Assembly (NCBI GenBank): GCA_000320545.1
Contig: ADNK01000348.1
Span: 1-33,938 of the forward strand
Source of the DNA: Bigelowiella natans CCMP2755
Taxonomy: Eukaryota > Protista > Cercozoa
DNA: 33,938 bases
Direction: 5' to 3'
A model generated the notes under the pieces. The model did not search any database. It saw only the letters and a program-made list of their open reading frames with translations, and was not told the origin of the DNA. Each line of letters begins with the position of its first letter. Within the stretch, counting starts at the first letter, position 1. A program made the translations under genes and the position numbers. Below are positions 33,261-33,938 of this stretch, piece by piece.

Positions 33261-33938
33261 CACCAAGCTACCAGTAGCTGCTGTGATCGCTGGAGGTGTC
33301 ATTCAAATAAAAATTATGGTGAGTTAGAAAATGAATAGAAAATTACTATTTTGCAAGTTGACTTTGCTGGTTTGGGGAATGTGCAGGTGCTGCAGATTTG
33401 ACTTCATCGCTATGCGTTCAGGAGAAGGCCTCAACATAGCGGTTTTTGAGAGTGACCGAGCAGCCGCATGCCAAAGTTGTGTCAACATACAGCAACCTCA
33501 CACACGCAGTTGTGGAAGCGGTAGCAATCTGCTGAACGAATGTGGCGTCATTGTTGCGCGTAAGGTGTTCACAGGCCGAGGCGCTACGTGCACAAGTAGG
33601 CAGGGGGGGGGAAAGGCACGTTTGCTTCCTTTTGAAGAGTTGTGTTTATTTTTATTAAAGATTATATTTTTATTAAATCGTGCACTGCGTAATCATTCGC
33701 GAAGCTTTCGCGAATGCCGCCGCACGTGGGGCAGCACACTTCCGGTGTGCTGCCATGAGTCCCGCCGGAACCCACGTGCCTATGCTGTATTAATATCTAC
33801 GTTATCTATATTCTATATCCGCGACAACCCCTTTGTTGTCGCACGTGACTTGTGCCCGCGTAGTGGTACGCGCTACACCTTCCCCAAGTCACGTTGCTCC
33901 TTCCTTCCTTCCTTATTCCCTTAGACCTTCATCGCTTT

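Noticed and set aside
33260-33938. 197-aa plus-strand ORF, or a minus-strand gene end with an intron near 33584-33684
   Set aside because: Splice-like signals exist on both strands but no recognisable protein motif or consistent frame was found; it cannot be resolved at the window edge.
1-33938. tRNA, rRNA, snoRNA or telomeric repeats
   Set aside because: None recognised by eye; a tRNAscan-SE or Infernal search would be needed to exclude small RNAs.

Overview
Intron-rich eukaryotic nuclear DNA, probably a protist. Microsatellite-filled introns and the gene content are compatible with a rhizarian/chlorarachniophyte-type genome, but that is only inference. Reading GT-AG junctions by hand gives eight spliced genes. 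In order: the 3' part of a cytosolic carboxypeptidase (CCP/AGBL, +); cytochrome bc1 subunit QCR9 (-); Arp2/3 subunit ARPC1 (+); a large soluble-type adenylate cyclase with a STAND NTPase domain (-); an RsuA-family pseudouridine synthase with an S4 domain (-); a protein with two NLP-type GAF-like repeats and two C2H2 zinc fingers (+); a membrane-anchored STI1/DP-repeat protein (+); and PCNA (-), with E2F sites upstream. Five intergenic islands have a distinct CTAG/TGCA/CATG/CACGTG-rich composition, and one appears to hold a decayed Tyr-free ORF. The most notable items are the GAF-GAF-C2H2 architecture, the possible repeat-directed hypermutation signature of the islands, a QCR9 with a presequence and an 18-residue acidic tail, and two single-base frame breaks in conserved genes. 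All family assignments come from motif recognition; no database search was run.
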